A stretch of DNA of 64,000 nt from Utricularia gibba (Eukaryota > Plantae > Magnoliophyta). The translations under genes were made by a program, and so were the position numbers. The stretch lies in the NCBI GenBank assembly GCA_002189035.1, contig CM007989.1:5270001-5334000 (forward strand), written 5' to 3'. Positions 1 through 13,301 of the stretch are shown in pieces (the stretch's first letter is position 1; each line of letters opens with the position of its first letter). The notes beneath the pieces were generated by a model. That model had not been told where the DNA came from, ran no database searches, and saw only the letters and a list, made by a program, of their open reading frames with translations.

Positions 1-1531
1 GCATCTTAAGGTATTCGGATCTGTGGCTTATGTGCTTATTCGTGTTGAATGTAGAACCAAACTGGATAGTAGATCTGTGGCTGGGATATTCATTGGATAC
101 TCTGAAGAAACAAAAGGTTAAAGAGTCTATAATCCAAAAAACAAGAAATTCAGTGTGGCAAGAAGTCTATGGATTGATAAAGATGATCAGTGGGATTGGG
201 ATCATAGCATGCCTACGTCACACGTATCTAGTGCAACACCAAAAGTAAGATCTTATACTGCATTAGATTTTCTTCTAGATGACTTAGATGAAGATGCTTA
301 TCCTAGTGAAACCACTGAGATTCCCGAAGACAGTGGTGATCTTGACCCTTGGAGTGATGATGGTACAGACAGTAATAGTCAAAACAACACTCCATCCAGA
401 TCCACCACTGAAAGCAATCATGACAACAGATCATCATTTGAGACACCTCCCCTCATAACTAGATCTCTAGCAGATATGTACAAGTCAACACAACCAATAC
501 AGATGTGAGATTTAAACCTTCCTGAGTTTGCCAATACAGTGGTGTCTACAACAGAGCCCTCAACACTTGCTGAAGCACTTCAACAACCTCAACGGAGAAA
601 GACCATGGAAGAGGAAATTATGATGATCCAAAAGCACAAAACGTGGATACTGGTCGATCCACCAACCGGAGCCAATATCATAGAACTAAAATGGGTGTTC
701 AAGGTCAAGACCAACCCAGATGAAACACTCCAAAGGTACAAAGCCAGATACTTGTAGAATCTCACATTATGATCTCATCATAATTTCTATAGCACATAGA
801 TCAAGTAGAAGATTTTATCAATGATGTAAACTTGATCACAATTCAAGGTAAACATCAAAGGACAATATTTGCCAATGAATTGATTGTATATAGAACACAT
901 ACACCACATTGACACTATAAGCCTACTAGATGAATGTTAAGTCAACCTTCTTGAATAGTGAGTTGCAAAAAAAAATATATTGTGTGCAGCCTACACGTTT
1001 CTAAGTAGCAGAAAACAAAGTTCTCCTGCTACTTAAGGCTCTATATGGCCTGAAACAGGTACCTCGTGCTTGGTATGAGAAATTGGAAAAGGTATTACTT
1101 GACTTTGGTTTTCATAAAAGCAAAAATGAGGCTGCCTTATTCACAATTCCACAAGATAAATCTGGAATTCTGATAGTTGTGATATATGTAGATGATATCA
1201 CGATTACAGGTAATGATTTGAATCATATTACCAAGTTTAAAGAATTCTTGAAGGAAAAATTCGACATGACAGACTTGGGAAAAATTCTTGGGAATGGAAG
1301 TGAAGCAACAACAAGAAGGGATCTTTCTATGGCAAGAAAAGTTCAACAAGAATTTGCTAAGTTTGGATTCTCTGAATGTTCATCGGTAAATATTCCTATG
1401 CTTCAAAACTACAAGTCATTAAGCACAGCAGCTGGAGAGCCAATAGATCATACACTTTATAGATCCATTGTTGGATCATTGATGTTTCTGACTAATATTC
1501 GTCCATATATTATGTTTGCTGTTAATGTATG
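1..1531 (+). mobile_element. Degenerate Ty1/Copia pol remnant (integrase C-terminus, linker, RT), truncated at window start
   Basis: Frameshifted Copia motifs: EPSTLAEALQQPQ..WILVD..LKWVFKVK..YKAR (539-757), Y*MNVKSTFLNSEL (~915-955), LKALYGLKQVPRAWYE (~1030-1080), VVIYVDDITITG and YRSIVGSLMFLTNIRP (1083-1530). Confidence 0.9.
753..897 (-). repeat. Inverted fragment of the first ~145 bp of the LTR that starts at 1532
   Basis: gtagaatctcacattatgatctcatcataatttctatagc...gattgtatatagaaca matches the reverse complement of 1532-~1675; it replaces about 35 RT codons. Confidence 0.75.
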
Positions 1532-4090
1532 TGTTTTAGAGACAATCAACTCCTTGGTAAATCTTATCTTTTGATATTTACTTTAAATTGTGATCAAATT
1601 TATATCATTGATAAAATCCTCTTCTTGATCTATAAGCCATAGAAATTATGATAAGATCATAATGTGAGATTCTTCAACCATTTATGTTCAACTTAAAAGC
1701 TCCCTAGTTAGAGTGTTTGTGAAATGAGGATATCATAAATACGGATAAGTTAGCACACATTGAGTTTCCTAAACTGTTTAGGCAATGGTTCTCACAATTT
1801 ATGTAATAAGATTACTAGAACCTATGTATGGGTGTCGATTAGAGAATCGATTCACTGGATGACTCATCTTCGAGATGCTATTATGGGAAGCTAACCAAGT
1901 GTCAGTAGTAAGATTTTGATTATGACAGCCGTGCAAGTAAGCTTAGACTTAAGGTCAACAAAGTCATCTTTATCTTAAGCTCACATTTTCGCTCATTACT
2001 AATGGGAGCCTAACCATGGCTTGCCTAGCATGGATGAGTAGGGCTGTGACTCCTTAGGGTTGGAAATATTTGATTGATCAATAAAGGATTCATCGCTCAT
2101 GTTAGCAATGAGATTTTATTTCAAGTAATTGCATCAAAGCCTAACAGTAAGTGCTGGGCCCAAGGTAATGACACTCGAATTGTTTGACTAGGTCATTGAG
2201 TGTTAGTGCTTGAATGCAATTATAAGTTCGATAAATCAGAAATACACACACCCATGTTCTGGTATAGAATGAGATATAAGTATGATGAAAGCTGGTCATG
2301 GAAAGGCTCAATCAGTTCACCTGATTATTCTTTAATTTTGGGGATCATGATATGTTGGTAGACATCACTCATAATCGATAATGATAGATTTGATTAACTA
2401 AGAATTAATTAATAAATCCATTATTACGGCCTTGATTTAGGAAGCCTATAGGGTCACACACAATAGTGGAGTCACTCAACGATATAAAATAGAATGACAA
2501 AATTACATGAGATGTAATTGGTAAAGTGGATAAATTAAATAGAGAGTTCTTTTGAGATTAATATTGATTAAACTCAAAATAAAAGATCTCATATAGATAT
2601 GATTTGATGTCACAAAATATCTATAAAAAAGATTTAGATATTGAGATCTGCTCCAAGATCTTCGTGCAAGGAGGCATTTTTCTCTACTAGCATCTGAGAA
2701 ATTCGACCAACATTTAAGAGCCTTGAGAAGGTTATTGATAGAGTGCTCCATGTGTGGATACCATAGAGGTCGTCTGCTATTGGCGGTTGGTGAATAACTG
2801 AGTCATCTAAAAGGTATTTTTAACATCCCTTCGTCTAATGTATACCATATTCCAAGATCTGCGTTTGGGGTTTCTCAAAATTTTTAAAATTTAGCTGCTT
2901 TTGAGACATACTATATCTACGAGAAACCCAACAGTGGTATCAGAGCGAGGTTACGGAATATGTGTATACGTTAGAATCTTTGCTGATTTTACGAGATGTT
3001 CTCGTATGTTGCCTTGTCGGTGACACGTTTTAATCCTTGTTGATTTTTCGAAATATCCTCGTATGTTGCCTTGCCGGCGATCATGATAATAGCATGTGAT
3101 GCACGAAATCTGATTATGTTGGATTGTTTGTCTGCCCTAGGATGCACGAAATTTGATTGATGATTGATACTTTTTAGAATCATATCTTATGTGTATATGC
3201 ACAGCATGTTGATGGTTTATACGTGTATAGTTGTGGGGCATAATGGCCTTTGCACGAATTTTGATCATGTTGATCATATTGGTGAATTATCGATGCATAA
3301 GATGTTTGATAATTTATTTGTGACCAAGGCATCTAGGGTCAATTAGGATTTTCGAGCTTTATGTATGAAAATCCATAGTGCAAGGGTTGTCAGGATTCCT
3401 ATCTGATAGGATATCGATATCTATAGTGCATGTGTTGCCTATGGAAAAATCCCCTATCAAATAATTAAGCTTATTCTTTCCACTGGCATAAGGAGAACGA
3501 GAGTCATTTTTAGTGCATAGAGTTGTTGGCTACCATCAAGCTCTCCACTACATATGACATGTTCGAATTATGGAATTAGATTCAAAGTGGGTTGGCTTAA
3601 CTGATTTTATCAACCTGTTGACTAAAACCAAGGTTGATAAAATTGGAGGAAAGGTTGAGGTAAATAGTTTTTACATCAAGAGTTGATAACTCAATGATAC
3701 AGTGGTTGTATGAGAGATACAATTGGCATGAGATGACTACCTATTTCATTCATTAAAGCTTGTTGGCTATAGTCAAGGTGGAGATGAATGAAATGGGACA
3801 CTGTCCCACTAAGAAATTGTGATTTTCTTGTTTTGTCAATAAGGGGCTGCCATCTCGAAAAACATAGGAGTATATCACATTTAATAAAGACCGGTTAGAT
3901 GTGATTTAAGAAACACTACATGATGTGTTTGCTTTCTCTTCTTCAGGTTGAAGATATGTCTTCTAGCGTGAATTTGAGATCCATTCTAGAGTCCAACAAG
4001 TTGGTTGGCTCGAATTTTACTAATTGGCATTGCAATTTGAGAATTGTTCTCAAGGCAGAGAAGATTGCTTACATCCTTGAGCAAGATGTT
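1532..4090 (+). mobile_element. Truncated Copia element (Angela-like): ~1.4 kb 5' LTR 1532-2933, PBS, long 5' UTR, gag start
   Basis: LTR TG...CCAACA followed by tRNA-iMet PBS TGGTATCAGAGC at 2935-2946; gag start MSSSVNLRSILESNKLVGSNFTNWHCNLRIVLKAEK at ~3956-4090. Lineage is inferred from the gag motif and LTR length. Confidence 0.75.
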
Positions 4091-7000
4091 CCTGCGCATT
4101 TCAAGACTATCCACTACACGTGTCAATCGGCCGTTTCATGTGTTGAACGAGCTTCTGCTAAGCTAGAAGATACTCTTGGAATATTGAAATAAGACCAGGT
4201 AATAAAGGCTACACAGCCGTTGGAAGTGGGCAACTCAATCAGCCCTTGTTTCGCGGGTTTGTTAGGTTGTTGAGATCTGAAACTTGGTCATTACATGATC
4301 TCATTAGATATTGTTTTCATGTGAAGTTTGTTACTTTTGAATCTATAAAAGCTGATGTCCACAGCTTGTGTCTATCTCCTCCATTGCAATAAACATAGAT
4401 CTTCATTCACTTACTCTTTCAACCCAAAACCCTCATTTCTTGTTGCTGTTTTTCTTTGCATGATTTCGTGTGAGAGTTCATCCTATTTTTCATCTATCAT
4501 AGGGTAGCATGAAACATTGCAAATCGGTAATCTTTTTGGACACTCTCATTAGCCTACAACAAATCCGAAGTGGGGGTTCATCATAAGTTTTGGAGCCATG
4601 CATCATGTTAACTGAAACTAATGGAGTGGAGAGGCTTTAATGGGGTATTTCGTGGTCAACTCTGCACCGCTATTCCGGATCTCGAAACACGGGCATAGAG
4701 GAGCAATGGAGGTTTTATTACAAATAAAATGCACATGGAGTGACGCGGAAATTGAATACAAATCACGACAGGTCTCGATCTTGATACCGAGGCTTTAATG
4801 GTTGATGAGGTGGCGGTTAGTACAGTAGTGGATTGTGATATTGTTATATTACACCATATTGGAGGCTCTACAGCAACCACACGTAAACATATGGACATCC
4901 CACATGCCCGCCGCCTGGAGTCAGGAATCTCCTGGGTTTCAGACATGCCACGTTGCCCATTGATTTTAGAAATGCGAATTGCACATTATAAAAGATGTAG
5001 ACAATATATCTCCCCTCTATCTAGTGAATTCAGCGTGCAACATTGTTGACCAACAGACAGAAGAATCTCGAAAGGCGTGACTGTTGACCAGGGTGTAAAT
5101 CCACAGTGGCAACAGTTACCGGGCACCGACAATATGACATCATCCTTTCCATCCATCAACTGCCTCCTGTTTTTGACTGCCGAGTTCCCAACAAGAAGAA
5201 AACTATTGTGCTGCTGGGACCAAGACATGAGAGAATTGGTGGAGATTTAGGTCTAATACGCTGTCATTAGGGGGTGTACATCGATCTAATATTATTCGAA
5301 GCAATTTAATGACAACTAAATCCAAAATCGATGACAAATTGTACCCATATGAATATAAAAATAGTAACTGATAATCCGGATCTAAATTTAATATCTCATA
5401 AAGTATATTAACTGAATCCAAATTGACTACTTTTTTATTATTATATAACTAATTTTTATATAAAACTAATTATATAACATGAATAAGAATAATATCTTTT
5501 TATGAATAAATACTTCTATTATTTAAAGATGACAATATCAATTTTTTATTTGGATATCAATAAAATACAATTTAGTGATAACATTCTTAATACTTGAAAT
5601 TTAAGATATAATTAAAAAAAATTCTAATCAATTCTTATCGGGAGCCAAACCTAAACCGATAAGAAACTGAAATTGATTAATCATATCGTGTAGGGTAGCA
5701 ACCTATTATCCAAATATTTAATTCTTGTTGATATCTGACCAAACCCAACCCATGAATACTTAATTCTTGTTGAAGATCCTTACCTGTCACCTGCGCTAAC
5801 AAAAATATAATGTCCACCCTCAAACCCATGATGGAAAATGACTTTTGGTTATTTTGACATTTGATTAAAATTATATTTGTAATAAATAAAGTAACATCAA
5901 TATTTAATTTGAAATCTAAAAATCTAGAGTAAGACATGAATTTATCGAAACTCATAGATGAATTATCTCTTATAATTTTAAAGTCTTTTAAAATTAAGTC
6001 CATGGGATATTTTTGATCATGTTACTTGATAATCCAACAACAAAGGATGGAGTCCACGCTGAGTCAGGATTTGGATCCTTCTTACTCTTTAAGTCCAAAG
6101 GTCATTTAACAGAGGAGAAGTGGACAATTTATATGCTATTTTTTAAAATATTTTTTACATTGTCAATTAAATTTAGCCAAGGGGGCCATTATTTTTTCTT
6201 TTATAGATTTATTTTTTAAAAAATAGAAACCATAATTTTTTAAAAAAATCAAGAGGATCCATCCATCATAAAATTTTGAAATTCAATCAATCAAATTAGT
6301 GTCAAATCAAGCTGCAAATGTTTTTGATGCATAACTCTTCTTCTTCAAATAGAGTTTGTTAGTTTTTCTCAAAAAGGATTTTTTTTTCATGTCATCCGGC
6401 AAGGTCTAGTCTCAATAGTGTAGGCATCAAGCAAAAATACTCTTCAGTAAAACACAGGTTGTTAGGCAAATAGATGACAACAAAATATTACATTAAAAGA
6501 GGCTATACAGTAATAGACCATCTGTTATCACATATGCTGCGAGAAAAACCACTTACAACAAAATAGTGGAATAACTGAGTAAAAACTAGGAAAGATATAT
6601 TATCACATATGGCTCTCTCAAGAGGGCACATTAAGTAACATGTGCTATAATCAAAATGCCCACAATACAAAGTCAAGTTTCCATACAACTTAGAAAAATA
6701 ACTTTGGGTGTTTCTGAAAGGAAATTAATGAAGGAATTACTTGAAATGTTGTTAGGGACTTTATGGAAAATATTGTAATTAACCTAAATATTCTCAAGAA
6801 TCTTATTATCCAATATCATAATAATTTGGAAAGATATGATAGTTGAAAAATAGAACATCAAATCAATCACCGACTCGATTATCCAATATCCTAAAAGTAT
6901 TTTCAATCGTATGACCAATTGGTCATGCATAGGATTCAAATAATCGATGTCAAATGGAATATCCCTTTTTATGTAACATGAACAACTTCCTATGAGAACA

Positions 7001-8274
7001 TAAAATTTGTTTCAGTGGCTAAGTCTTGAACCAAATCAAGTTGTAGCAAAAAAGTTGTCATAGTTATTACTCACATGGATCTTTGGGTACTAGATTTCCA
7101 CCCCCACTCCCTTGTATGTAGCGTGTTGACTATGATTTGTTTCAATTACTCCTCTAGAAAACCTGGTTTCTATTAATTAAAAATGAACACATATGTGCAT
7201 GCAAGCCCATTCTTTATTTAGCTATCGTTAAGTATTGATAACTCTAATTGTATATAAAGTATATAATTGGAATGTCAAAACCTGATCTGGAATAGCTTCT
7301 TCTCTTAATAGCAAATATTAAAACAATCATATTGAGTAGTAATTTCACAAAATCACATCTAATATGAGCCTTGATGTTTAGAGACATATATCCTTCAATT
7401 ATTAACAAGTAATCTGATCTAATAATCCATGTAACATTAGGTTATAGCTAATTAAATGATTTTTATGAACCATAAACTTTAAATATGAAACATTGATCTT
7501 ATTAGTCATGTCAAATCGCCACAATGTTAGTTGTTTAGTATCAAAGTGCACGAATACACCCATGTGCGACTCTTGTGCTTTCATACATGGTTTGGAAACT
7601 AATTCAATGTCATAAAAACAGCTCCACTCCCACATATAATGGTGTTTATGTCTAACATATACTACCTAAATACTATTAGATAACCAGCTAAAAGAGCATT
7701 AAGAATTTAATCCTCACAATTCGTACAGCAAGAGCACCTATTTTGTGAGAACAATTCCTTACCAATCCATTTGATGTTCTCTAAACTACTAATAACTTGT
7801 TATTATCCTTATGAACTCATTTAGAGCATCCCTCTCACTATGAGTCAAGTTATCATCATTGTAGTTTCTGTTAAGGGCTTAATTTCATTCCCTTGAAAAA
7901 TCATCAATTTTCTCTCTATTGAAAGGATAAGTAGATCAAGAAAATTCATTGATATATTCACGTAATCTATTAAGATTACTTAGTCTTTCAACAATTAGTT
8001 CATAGCAATATGTTTCAAATGCATATGTATATTTTTGTTATCATAAAATTTATTATTCACACTGACTATTGTTGATCTGTAATAATAATGCATTAATACA
8101 AGAAATCAAACCATATATTTAGTGCAATCTCAACAAAAAGTTTCTCAACCACTTGATCTTGACTCTTACCATATGAGGATTGAAGTTTTAAGGAAGTTAG
8201 TCTTCAGTTTTTTTAACTTGTTCCACTTCATATTAACTGAGCCAATCAGACGTATGCAAGTGACCACTATTGCA

Positions 8275-8390
8275 TGCATGCCACATCTCATCTTGTATGT
8301 ATGTTGCGTGCCATCTTGCATGTGCACCACATGTACGTCTTGCATGTACATCACATGCACGTCTTGCATGTGTGCAACATGTTGCATGTA
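8275..8390. repeat. Short degenerate tandem repeat of ~24-nt TGCATG/CACATG units
   Basis: e.g. tcttgcatgtgcaccacatgtacg followed by tcttgcatgtacatcacatgcacg. Confidence 0.7.
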
Positions 8391-8456
8391 AAATAAGGAT
8401 GAGGTTTAGAAGTGAATATGAAAAGAGGAAATATTGGAATGAAAGGTTATAGTGCC

Positions 8457-9596
8457 TGATAAACGAAAAATTACGTGATGTCGTTAAATTGCAATTTTTC
8501 CTATCAAATAAATTTATAACCTAATACACCTTCAAGCATAAAACAATTATGAGCATAGTGATTAGAGTCGAACACGAAGAGTAGGTGCTTGCAATGTGAG
8601 TGCTAATGCATGTAATCAGTGTCACGTTGGTAAATTGATCTTAGCTAGGAATAAAACAGAACTACGATGGAATGCAGTAATGAAAAGTAACAAGTTTTGG
8701 GCTTCGATAGTTTCTAGGATGGAATGGGTGATGCCTTGGGACTCCTAGGGGATGTATGCCTATCATTAAACAAGCTCACATAAATCAAAAATCATACAAC
8801 TAACTCACAAGATCTAGCTCTACCCGAATTCTTGTTTTTCCCCCTAATCTTTCATCTACCTCTAATTAGGGTTGTTAGTTGGGTTCCACTACCTCCCCCT
8901 CCTAGATCTATCCTGATTTTTTAAGGAAGTAGTCTGACTTATGATTTATTAGGTCTAAGGATATATTAGTATATTTCTCGCCTCTTCACCCCAAGACACC
9001 CCTCTCTAAGTACTTAGCTACTCATGGTAATGAAAAGTAAAACATCTTCATAGCAGATACTAAGCAACATCTTGGCTACAAATGCTAAACAACAACAAGC
9101 AATATGAAGCAAAAGTAGGGCAGACACTTCGTTCACACAGGATATCCAAATCTAGTCTTAGCTAGGAATAGTAAACATGAATAACGAAAATAATTTCTCA
9201 AGAGAAGCTGTGTTCTTCTGGTTCGTCGTCCCCTCCTTCCTCTTTCTCTAGAAAAATCTCCAGAAACTTGTTCGTGAGTCTCCAAGAGGAGATCTGCCTT
9301 CTCTCTCATCTTTCCTCCCTTTTTCCTCCTTGGATTTTGTGTGTACCACTTTTCAGACAATTGAACTCATCTTCTGCCACTACACTGTGCATATTCGGCT
9401 CCTTGGGATTTATGTTGCGACCTGCACTGCATTGCTCGAGTAAAACTAAATCGTAGATTTAGTCCCAACTAAGACTAAAATAACAGAATTACAGTACTTA
9501 TGCGCAAAAATATAAAACTAGGTAGTAAAACTAAATTTTTGTAGCACAATATGAATCTTTTCCATGCACTCAATCACTTAAAAATATGTGTTGTCA
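8457..9596 (-). mobile_element. Solo LTR, family A (Athila-like, inferred), 1140 bp
   Basis: Ends TGATAAACG...GTTGTCA; perfect 5-bp TSD GTGCC at 8452-8456 and 9597-9601; inverted homologue of 31725-32892. Confidence 0.85.
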
Positions 9597-9601
9597 GTGC
9601 C

Positions 9602-10449
9602 TAAGGTGAATAAACATTTAGGGTTAGTTTGGAGCTTAAGGTATTAAGGTAAATTGTGTGATTGCTTTCGAAGCTTTGCTTTTCTTTTGAAACTAATTTA
9701 TGCAGACTTATGTGTCTACATGAAGTTGGTGCTTGTTTTCCATTACTTTGGATGTGATTGGGTCTACTTTTTGAATCTTTTTACGTTACATGAAAACCCT
9801 AACAGAGGAATAAGTTTTTAGGGAGAATTATTTCGAGTCCCAAAACTATGACTCTTTTTACTAAAGATAGTCACCCTTGCTATGTTTAAGATGGGATGTC
9901 TTTGTTGTAACTTGTGCGGTATGTATCTCTATGTACTATGTGATAAACAAGTTAGAAAAGAATGGAGGAGATATGGGTGCATATTTTCAGCAATGTGGTT
10001 GTACCACGGGTACTACGGCTGATATGTAAGGCATGTTTGAGGCATCATGTATAAGTGGAAGGTCAAAAAAAACGAAAGTTATGTAAGAAAGATATCATAT
10101 GTTGTGTATGGCTTAAGTTTGTGCTTATGAAGGGAGCCAATAGAGGTATACTAATTAACCAAATTTTCCCAAGTCCTATGGATGTATACATAGTAGTGTA
10201 AGTTGTTTACTACGTTTGTATGAATATAATATATATGCATATTATATATATATATATATTGAATCTCTTTGATTATGAACTACATTAGATAAAAATACTT
10301 TGACAGAGTCTTATGCCTAGTTTATGTATGTATTGACTCATTTTAATATTAATGAATCGTATTATGAAAGAAATCTTGAGTTCTAGATTCTACATAGGAT
10401 TGGATGGTCACGACTCATCTTTCTCAAGCCGTAAAAGTGGGTCGTGACA
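9602..10449 (+). mobile_element. Probable 3' part of a Tekay/Del-like LTR
   Basis: Ends in GGGTCGTGACA, a typical Tekay-type LTR terminus; no matching TSD or 5' end found. Confidence 0.3.
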
Positions 10450-11165
10450 TACTAGATTTAGAAGAATGACCTCAACTTCCAATATGTATCCTACAATTAC
10501 AGTTTACTTAATTGATTTCCAAATAATTGTATCACTTTTCAAAGTGAAAATAAATTCGCTAATGGTTCTAGTCTCATCAATGCCCGAAACCCATTTAGCA
10601 TCATCATATCTCTTTAATGCTGATACGCTTCTAGTGTATTGTATAACGTATTCGATGATGCATCTCATATCATCCAATGTTCATTTTTTATATATCATGA
10701 GTACATCTATTCAACCTATCCAATGGATATAAAATGATAGGCTTAGTGTAATGAATAAGATAAATCAAACTGCTCATAATTTATGTATAATCATATTAAG
10801 ATATTGGGTTATATGACATTTTCACAAGCTTCAATTCAAAGTAGTTAAGCTTCTCTGTGAGTTTTTCCACGTAATGATCCTATATTAGTATAAAATTTCT
10901 ATCATGTTTTATAATCTTGACTTCATATTGATACTATATTAGCATGTTACACAAACTCAAAAAAAAAAAAAAAACTCATTTTACACATATTGGCTTTAAT
11001 CTTTTGAACTCAACCTTCTTCAAGGAAATGACTTGGTATCGTGGATAAATGCCACCTTTAGATTTCTTTTTGACCGATAAGAGTAGCTTTCCAACTTTTA
11101 AAAAATGCTTGATGAATGTTTTGCTATAATTACTTTGTATCTAACAATGAAGTTTTCATCATGAT

Positions 11166-12330
11166 TGATAGGAAAATTTGCAAGTGTCATGAAAATGCAA
11201 ATTTTCTTACTAAATAAATTTATAACCATAAATCACACTCAATCATAAAACAAATACAAGTATAATGCAATAGTATCAAACGAGAGGAGCTTTGTGCTTG
11301 CTATATGAAAGCTAATGCATTCAATTTTCTTTTCATAGTTGAAGATTAAGTCTAAGCTAATACTATTGCAAGTTTGTAATAAAATATAGTAAAGCGACAA
11401 ATAGGTAAATTTGATTACTATCTAGAATAAGATAATGTAATGTCTGAAAGCTTCTAGTAGTGGCATGATTATTGCAATACTTATCCCATCCAATTCAACA
11501 ATCATTCATGTAACAAACTAAGAGTTCAAGTATATCTAAATCCTTGTTTTTCCTAATTTCTGGTCTACCTCTAATTAGGTTTGTTTATGATTAATATCCT
11601 AAATTTATCATGATTTGATAAGGAATTATTGTGATTTTCACTACTCTCTTTTGCCTCATTGGCATCATACATGTTTAGCTACTCATGCTAAGGAAAAGTA
11701 AAACACGTTCATAACATAGCATCAACAACATCTTTGTTTCACAGTTCAACAACAAGAAACGAAACATAAACAAAGATTGGAAAGGTAAATAGTTTCACGT
11801 GAAATGCTAAAACGTTGAAATCTACTCCAGGCTAATATTTTTGAAAAACAAAGGAAATCTTCAAAGGTAAGTCTAGTTCCTAGTTTTGTCTACTTCATTC
11901 CCTTGTGGTTTTGCGATTTTCTCAAGATCTACCTTTGTTGATTGTTGTCTATTATTAGAAGTTCTCTCCAACTCTTATCTCTTTCCTATCATTTCCAAAA
12001 ATCTACTTTTTGCCACCTTGGAATTTTTACTTATCGTTCCACCTCTTTCATCTCAATTTCCTTCCATTTTTACTGTACACTTTCGACTCCTTTGGATTCA
12101 GGTTGTTGTAATGTGCTACATTACTCAAAGAAAATAGTTAAAACAAAGATTGGGGCTGAATCCAGGATTTAGTCTCAATCTAGAATAAAAACACGTCAAT
12201 AACACTTCTAATGGCAAAAACACAGAAATACTAAATAAAATCTCAGTCTAATAACATAATGTTACTCATTTAGTAGTCCTAAAATACTGAAAAGTATAAT
12301 GTTACTCATTTAGTACTCATTTAGTAGTCC
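11166..12330 (-). mobile_element. Degenerate family A LTR copy
   Basis: Begins TGATAGGAAAATTTGC...AAATAAATTTATAACC like 8457-8520; far end and TSD unresolved. Confidence 0.6.
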
Positions 12331-13284
12331 TAATAACATAATTTTATGTTTTTCATACCACCACTTTGGGGTATCCTTAGTGTTTTTTAATTAATATTAA
12401 CTACTAAAACCTTGGCTCTTGGGGAACATAAAACAATCTGATTTTTCTAACATGTATGATAATAAACACAATCAAACAAGGAAACCGATTGAAAAATTAA
12501 TTATTTTTATAATAAACACTATGCAATTTTTTATTTTGAGTTTATATTGTTGATGATGTCGAAAATCAGTATGGTGTGAAGAGAAGCTATAAAGACACAG
12601 TTGGTCAAATGAGAGGGAAATTGGAATCTATAGCAAATGCTAAATCGAACATCCAGGTTTGCATTGCATGAATCGGCTATGGGTTGTAAATTGGCTATCA
12701 AATGGAGCAGAAACAACAAATCGGGGTGCAAGTAATATAGTGATATGCATATAAATCGGTTCAAGGCATCCGATAAAGTTGGTGCACACCTGTAAGGGAT
12801 AGAAAAAAGGTAGCAATAGACTCTAGCCATTTGAATACAATCTGAAACACAGCCGGCCTTCAAGAGTTCAGTTCAGAATAGGCAGTGGTTATCTATCAGC
12901 AAGACCACAAGTGAGACCAGCAGATTGTGCTAGGCATAGAAAGTGATTGACTCATTCAGAATTGATCAGTGAGGCTTACCGAAAAATAGGAGCCCATTTT
13001 AGAGGAAAGGCATTGCACATTCAGTACTCTACATCCCTCATGCCCCCTATAATCTCCTCCTTTTCTCTTCTTCTTAGTAATTCTCATTTTTCTGATGAAC
13101 TCTCCCAATGCCATAGTTTTCCGTTACTGTGGTTTCCACGTAAAAATCTTGATGTCTTTGCATACATCCTTATACCAATCAAAACCTAGAATCATAAATA
13201 AGTATTACTGCACTTGCTAATATAAATTGATTTATCCTAACAAATAAGTCTTTTCCCCTATAAGGATTTGTTAACCACAACATT

Positions 13285-13301
13285 TGGCGCCCATTGTGGG
13301 G
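13285..13301 (+). other. Primer binding site of the Tat-like element
   Basis: TGGCGCCCATTGTGGGG, 2 nt after the LTR end CA at 13282; resembles the Tat-type TGGCGCCCACCGTGGGG PBS. Confidence 0.75.

Noticed and set aside
155-508. 117-aa ORF as a host gene
   Set aside because: It is the acidic integrase-RT linker of a Copia remnant (ends ITRSLADMY, with EPST/RT following).
4092-4561. Possible short Copia LTR (TG at 4268 to CAACA at 4561)
   Set aside because: No TSD, PBS, PPT or second copy found.
6300-7700. Exon-like stretches on the minus strand, vaguely channel-like
   Set aside because: No convincing motif or splice structure; many stops.
8275-8390. CRISPR-like or coding repeat (ORFs 8122-8391, 8166-8387)
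   Set aside because: Degenerate tandem units without unique spacers in a eukaryotic TE context; the ORFs are by-products.
12258-12331. Repeated TAATGTTACTCATTTAGTA units
   Set aside because: Simple local duplication at the end of an LTR.
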